Source: a virus
Taxonomy: Duplodnaviria; Heunggongvirae; Uroviricota; Caudoviricetes
IMG/VR virus record: IMGVR_UViG_2734482552_000002
Direction: 5' to 3' (one strand)
Length of the DNA stretch: 25,499 nucleotides
The position numbers were made by a program, and so were the translations under genes. Under the pieces are notes generated by a model, which worked only from the letters and a program-made list of their open reading frames with translations, was not told the origin of the DNA and ran no database searches. Shown here piece after piece: positions 21,008-25,499 of the stretch; position 1 is the stretch's first letter, and each line of letters starts with the position of its first letter.

Positions 21008-24000
21008 ATGGCAGTAAAGATTTCAGGTGTACTGAAAGACGGCACAGGAAAACCGGTACAGAACTGCACAATCCAGCTGAAAGCAAAACGTAACAGCACC
21101 ACGGTGGTGGTGAACACGCTGGCCTCAGAAAATCCGGATGAAGCCGGGCGTTACAGCATGGACGTTGAGTACGGTCAGTACAGCGTTATTCTGTTGGTGG
21201 AAGGATTCCCGCCGTCACATGCCGGGACCATCACCGTGTATGAAGATTCCCGACCCGGTACGCTGAATGATTTTCTCGGTGCCATGACGGAGGATGATGC
21301 CCGTCCGGAGGCACTGCGCCGTTTTGAGCTGATGGTGGAAGAGGTGGCGCGTAACGCGTCCGCGGTGGCACAGAACACGGCAGCCGCGAAGAAATCAGCC
21401 AGCGATGCCAGCACATCAGCCCGTGAGGCGGCAACCCATGCGACTGATGCTGCAGATTCAGCACGTGCAGCCAGCACGTCAGCCGGACAGGCCGCTTCGT
21501 CGGCTCAGTCAGCGTCTTCCAGCGCAGGAACGGCATCAACAAAGGCCACTGAAGCCTCAAAAAGTGCTGCCGCTGCAGAGTCCTCAAAAAGCGCGGCGGC
21601 TACCAGTGCCGGTGCGGCGAAAACGTTAGAAACGAATGCGGCAGCGTCACAACAATCAGCAGCCACTTCTGCATCCACCGCGACCACGAAAGCGTCAGAA
21701 GCTGCCACCTCAGCCCGGGATGCGTCGGCTTCAAAAGAGGCGGCAAAATCATCAGAAACGAACGCATCATCAAGCGCCAGTAGCGCAGCTTCCTCGGCGA
21801 CGGCGGCTGCAAATTCTGCGAAGGCGGCCAAAACGTCCGAGACGAACGCCAGGTCTTCTGAAACGGCAGCGGGACAGAGTGCCTCAGCTGCGGCAGGCTC
21901 AAAAACAGCGGCTGCGTCGTCTGCCAGCGCCGCGTCAACAAGTGCCGGGCAGGCCTCAGCCAGTGCCACCGCCGCCGGAAAATCGGCAGAAAGCGCCGCA
22001 TCATCCGCTTCAACAGCCACAACGAAGGCTGGCGAAGCCACTGAGCAGGCCACGGCAGCAGCGAGGTCAGCTTCCGCAGCGAAGACATCCGAAACGAACG
22101 CGAAAGCGTCGGAAACCCGTGCAGAATCCTCAAAAACGGCTGCCGCATCGTCCGCCAGTTCGGCGGCGTCATCGGCATCATCGGCGTCTGCTTCAAAAGA
22201 TGAGGCGACCAGACAGGCGTCAGCAGCGAAGGGCAGCGCCACGACGGCATCCACGAAGGCGACAGAGGCTGCTGGTAGTGCGACGGCAGCAGCTCAGAGC
22301 AAAAGTACGGCGGAATCTGCAGCAACGCGCGCTGAGACAGCGGCAAAACGGGCAGAGGATATTGCATCCGCCGTGGCGCTTGAGGATGCGAGCACGACGA
22401 AAAAGGGGATAGTACAGCTCAGTAGTGCGACTAACAGCACTTCCGAGTCACTGGCGGCAACACCAAAAGCCGTTAAGGCCGCGTATGACCTGGCTAACGG
22501 GAAATACACCGCACAGGATGCAACGACAGCACAGAAAGGGATAATCCAGCTAAGCAGCGCGACCAACAGCACGTCTGAAACGCTGGCGGCAACGCCAAAG
22601 GCAGTAAAAGCAGCCAATGACAATGCTGAGAAACGTCTGCAGAAAGATCAGAACGGTGCGGATATCCCTGGCAAAGACACCTTTACGAAAAATATTGGTG
22701 CCTGCCGTGCCTTCGGTGGGTCAGTAAGCACAACAACAGGAAACTGGACGACTGCACAGTTTATCGAGTGGCTGGATTCTCAGGGAGCATTTAACCATCC
22801 ATACTGGATGTGCAAGGGTTCCTGGTCTTATGGCAATAATAAAATCATTACTGATACTGGCTGCGGTAATATTCATCTCGCCGGAGCTGTCATTGAAGTA
22901 ATGGGGATAAAGTCAGCGATGACGATCCGCATTACCACTCCGACCACATCCAGCGGTGGCGGAACAACCAACGCCCAGTTTACCTATATTAATCACGGAA
23001 CAGATTATTCACCTGGCTGGCGAAGGGACTATAACTCCAGAAATAAGCCAACGGCATCAGAGATCGGGGCGCTACCGTCAGGTGGAACAGCAGTATCATC
23101 AGTTAATCTGGCTTCAAAAGGTCGGGTAGCCGCGCTGACAGACAATACGCAGGGGGCAGCAGGTCTTGAGTTATACGAGGTGTATAACAACGGATATCCA
23201 ACAGCGTATGGAAATATCATTCACCTGAAAGGGATGACAGCCGTTGGCGAAGGTGAGTTACTCATCGGCTGGAGTGGTACAAGCGGTGCTCATGCTCCGG
23301 CATTTATTCGTTCACGACGGGATACGACCGACGCAAACTGGTCGCCGTGGGCGCAGCTTTACACCTCGGCTCATCCTCCTGCAGAGTTTTATCCAGTCGG
23401 TGCACCAATCCCGTGGCCATCAGATACCGTTCCGTCTGGTTATGCCCTGATGCAGGGGCAGACTTTTGACAAATCTGCTTACCCGAAACTTGCAGCCGCT
23501 TATCCGTCAGGCGTGATCCCTGATATGCGTGGCTGGACGATTAAGGGCAAGCCCGCCAGTGGTCGTGCCGTATTGTCTCAGGAACAGGATGGCATTAAAT
23601 CGCACACCCACAGCGCCAGCGCATCCAGTACGGATTTGGGGACGAAAACCACATCGTCGTTTGATTACGGCACTAAATCCACGAATAACACCGGGGCGCA
23701 TACGCACAGTCTGAGCGGCTCTACAAGTTCAGCTGGGGCCCACCAACATAGTCAGACTGGGCCCAGAACGAATAGCGGGAGTCAACCTACTGGAATGTTT
23801 CCGGCAGGGAGTACTCAAGTTAGCGGGACTAATCAGGTTGGTATCAGTGGCTCATTAACCAGTGGCACCTCCCAATGGGTAGGTAAATCATCTTCAGAAG
23901 GAAACCATACACACTCACTGTCCGGCACAGCAGCATCTGCGGGTGCACACGCGCATACTGTCGGTATTGGTGCTCATACGCACTCTGTTGCGATTGGTTC

Positions 24001-24091
24001 ACATGGACACACCATCACCGTTAACGCTGCTGGTAACGCGGAAAACACCGTCAAAAACATCGCATTTAACTATATTGTGAGGCTCGCATAA
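21008..24091 (+). CDS. stf: side tail fibre protein Stf (long form)
   Basis: ATG at 21008 ([37 protein letters not shown]...) matches the lambda Stf N-terminus. Long Ala/Ser/Thr-rich low-complexity repeat region, then a His-rich repeat region (GAHTHS / GAHAHT / GSHGHT) and the conserved ...[12 protein letters not shown]-terminus. 1027 aa from this ATG, against 774 aa for lambda Stf as I recall. Confidence 0.9.
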   Translation: MAVKISGVLKDGTGKPVQNCTIQLKAKRNSTTVVVNTLASENPDEAGRYSMDVEYGQYSVILLVEGFPPSHAGTITVYEDSRPGTLNDFLGAMTEDDARPEALRRFELMVEEVARNASAVAQNTAAAKKSASDASTSAREAATHATDAADSARAASTSAGQAASSAQSASSSAGTASTKATEASKSAAAAESSKSAAATSAGAAKTLETNAAASQQSAATSASTATTKASEAATSARDASASKEAAKSSETNASSSASSAASSATAAANSAKAAKTSETNARSSETAAGQSASAAAGSKTAAASSASAASTSAGQASASATAAGKSAESAASSASTATTKAGEATEQATAAARSASAAKTSETNAKASETRAESSKTAAASSASSAASSASSASASKDEATRQASAAKGSATTASTKATEAAGSATAAAQSKSTAESAATRAETAAKRAEDIASAVALEDASTTKKGIVQLSSATNSTSESLAATPKAVKAAYDLANGKYTAQDATTAQKGIIQLSSATNSTSETLAATPKAVKAANDNAEKRLQKDQNGADIPGKDTFTKNIGACRAFGGSVSTTTGNWTTAQFIEWLDSQGAFNHPYWMCKGSWSYGNNKIITDTGCGNIHLAGAVIEVMGIKSAMTIRITTPTTSSGGGTTNAQFTYINHGTDYSPGWRRDYNSRNKPTASEIGALPSGGTAVSSVNLASKGRVAALTDNTQGAAGLELYEVYNNGYPTAYGNIIHLKGMTAVGEGELLIGWSGTSGAHAPAFIRSRRDTTDANWSPWAQLYTSAHPPAEFYPVGAPIPWPSDTVPSGYALMQGQTFDKSAYPKLAAAYPSGVIPDMRGWTIKGKPASGRAVLSQEQDGIKSHTHSASASSTDLGTKTTSSFDYGTKSTNNTGAHTHSLSGSTSSAGAHQHSQTGPRTNSGSQPTGMFPAGSTQVSGTNQVGISGSLTSGTSQWVGKSSSEGNHTHSLSGTAASAGAHAHTVGIGAHTHSVAIGSHGHTITVNAAGNAENTVKNIAFNYIVRLA
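22400..22615 (+). repeat. tandem duplication of the tail-fibre repeat motif inside stf
   Basis: Two copies of K-G-I-(V/I)[11 protein letters not shown](S/T)[11 protein letters not shown] spaced 45 codons apart (22400-22483 and 22535-22615); the DNA of the two copies differs at many synonymous positions. Confidence 0.8.
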
Positions 24092-24672
24092 TGGCATTCA
24101 GAATGAGTGAACAAGCACGGACCATAAAAATTTATAACCTGCTGGCCGGAACTAATGAATTTATTGGTGAAGGTGACGCATATATTCCGCCTCATACAGG
24201 TCTGCCTGCAAACAGTACCGATATTGCACCGCCAGATATTCCGGCTGGTTTCGTGGCTGTTTTCAACAGTGATGAGTCATCGTGGCATCTCGTTGAAGAT
24301 CATCGGGGTAAAACGGTTTATGACGTGGCTTCCGGCGACGCGTTATTTATTTCTGAACTCGGCTCATTACCGGAAAATGTCACCTGGTTATCCCCGGAAG
24401 GGGAGTTTCAGAAGTGGAACGGCACAGCCTGGGTGAAGGATACGGAAGCAGAAAAACTGTTCCGGATCCGGGAGGCGGAAGAAACAAAAAACAGCCTGAT
24501 GCAGGTAGCCAGTGAGCATATAGCGCCGCTTCAGGATGCTGTGGATCTGGAGATCGCAACGGAGAAAGAAACCTTGTTGCTGGAAGCTTGGAAAAAGTAT
24601 CGGGTGTTGCTGAACCGTGTTGATACATCAACTGCACCGGATATTGAATGGCCAGTAGCACCTATAGGGTAA
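24091..24672 (+). CDS. tfa: tail fibre assembly protein Tfa
   Basis: 193 aa, [54 protein letters not shown]...; matches lambda Tfa; start overlaps the stf stop (TAATG). Confidence 0.93.
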   Translation: MAFRMSEQARTIKIYNLLAGTNEFIGEGDAYIPPHTGLPANSTDIAPPDIPAGFVAVFNSDESSWHLVEDHRGKTVYDVASGDALFISELGSLPENVTWLSPEGEFQKWNGTAWVKDTEAEKLFRIREAEETKNSLMQVASEHIAPLQDAVDLEIATEKETLLLEAWKKYRVLLNRVDTSTAPDIEWPVAPIG

Positions 24673-24758
24673 ATTCGTAATGATTACCTAAATACGTTAT
24701 TCTTTTGTTAAAAAAGTGATTTTGCTATAGGTAGGGAGTATGTTCTTGGATTAAGAAT

Positions 24759-24789
24759 AAAAAATCGCCATGAAAGAGCTTCATGGCGA
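24759..24789 (-). terminator. rho-independent terminator for leftward (minus-strand) transcription
   Basis: Perfect 10-bp stem TCGCCATGAA / TTCATGGCGA with a 5-nt loop (24765-24789), immediately preceded on the plus strand by AAAAAA (24759-24764), that is a U-run on the minus-strand transcript. Confidence 0.6.
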
Positions 24790-25421
24790 GTACATAAACG
24801 TACAAAATGTGATGAAAGTAGAGTGGCGTAAGCCACTATATTAAGATATGACAATAGCGAAGAAAAGTAAATAACATTTTATGGACGTTTAATTGTTAAT
24901 TATAAAAACTAGAGTGCCCGATATTGTTTATCTTGCTTTAAAATAATGTACTCAAACCAAATTTTTGAGCTAAAAGCTCAAATAATATAAATGCAATAAT
25001 AATGTTTAATAAGACAATTAGCTTGCTTTGTATTTTCATTTCGGAATACTGTTAAGTAACTTTGATGACCCTAACAATAGATCGGAATTTTCTTAGAGTC
25101 AATGGTCACTGTTTTTGCTTGCAAAGCAAATGTTTTGGTGGTTATAAGTCGTCTTAATATAGTCACGCATGCAACTTGTTCCATGCGGAGATTAAAGATT
25201 GGAATATAACGCGAAGATGGAATTAAATTACATTTGCAATAATTAATTTATTATTACTCAATAATTACCGATATTATTATTGTAAATTAATCATTAGAAT
25301 GCAAAAAGAAATGTAACGGCAAAATAAGAGGACGATAGCTGAGAAAAAAGCGTGCTTTCCCAATCTGGGGCAAATCACGTCTGAATGACACCTGAAAACA
25401 GGTGGTAGCCTCAAGAAGGCT

Positions 25422-25499
25422 GGTGATGCTGCCAACTTACTGATTTAGTGTATGATGGTGTTTTTGAGGTGCTCCAGTGGCTTCTGTTTCTATCAGCTG
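25422..25499 (+). mobile_element. IS1: IS1 insertion sequence, terminal inverted repeat and start of insA (element continues beyond the window)
   Basis: GGTGATGCTGCCAACTTACTGATTTAGTGTATGATGGTGTTTTTGAGGTGCTCCAGTGGCTTCTGTTTCTATCAGCTG is the IS1 end and insA 5-prime region as I recall it. Confidence 0.85.
25477..25499 (+). CDS. insA: IS1 InsA N-terminus (partial, runs off window)
   Basis: GTG GCT TCT GTT TCT ATC AGC TG = (M/V)ASVSISC..., the start of InsA. Confidence 0.75.

Noticed and set aside
21505-22412. Several long ORFs (plus-strand Arg-rich 258 aa; minus-strand 249 and 255 aa) overlapping the stf repeat region
   Set aside because: These are alternative frames of the Ala/Ser-rich low-complexity part of stf (GCN/TCN codon runs), which happen to lack stops; extreme composition (poly-Arg/Pro or poly-Ala/Asp).

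Overview
This window is the late (virion morphogenesis) arm of a lambda-like siphovirus prophage, colinear with coliphage lambda: cos, nu1, A, W, B, C/nu3, D, E, FI, FII, Z, U, V, G/G-T (frameshift), H, M, L, K, I, J, lom, stf, tfa. All gene calls rest on my recall of lambda protein sequences and on the supplied ORF track; no database search was run. Three N-runs (9427-9507, 15015-15312, 20602-20860) interrupt Z, L/K and lom, so those genes are incomplete here. Four things are not explained by the lambda backbone: (1) an AT-rich minus-strand two-gene cassette just upstream of cos (258-959), a ribbon-helix-helix-like small protein followed by an unrecognised 136-aa protein, which is the best candidate for an undescribed accessory module such as toxin-antitoxin, exclusion or defence; (2) a cosN overhang that appears to differ from the lambda one I recall although the terminase looks lambda-like; (3) a long Stf with an internal duplication and a J whose length differs from lambda; (4) a roughly 750-bp AT-rich stretch with no ORF of 60 aa or more downstream of tfa, which ends at the terminal inverted repeat and insA start of an IS1 element running off the window.
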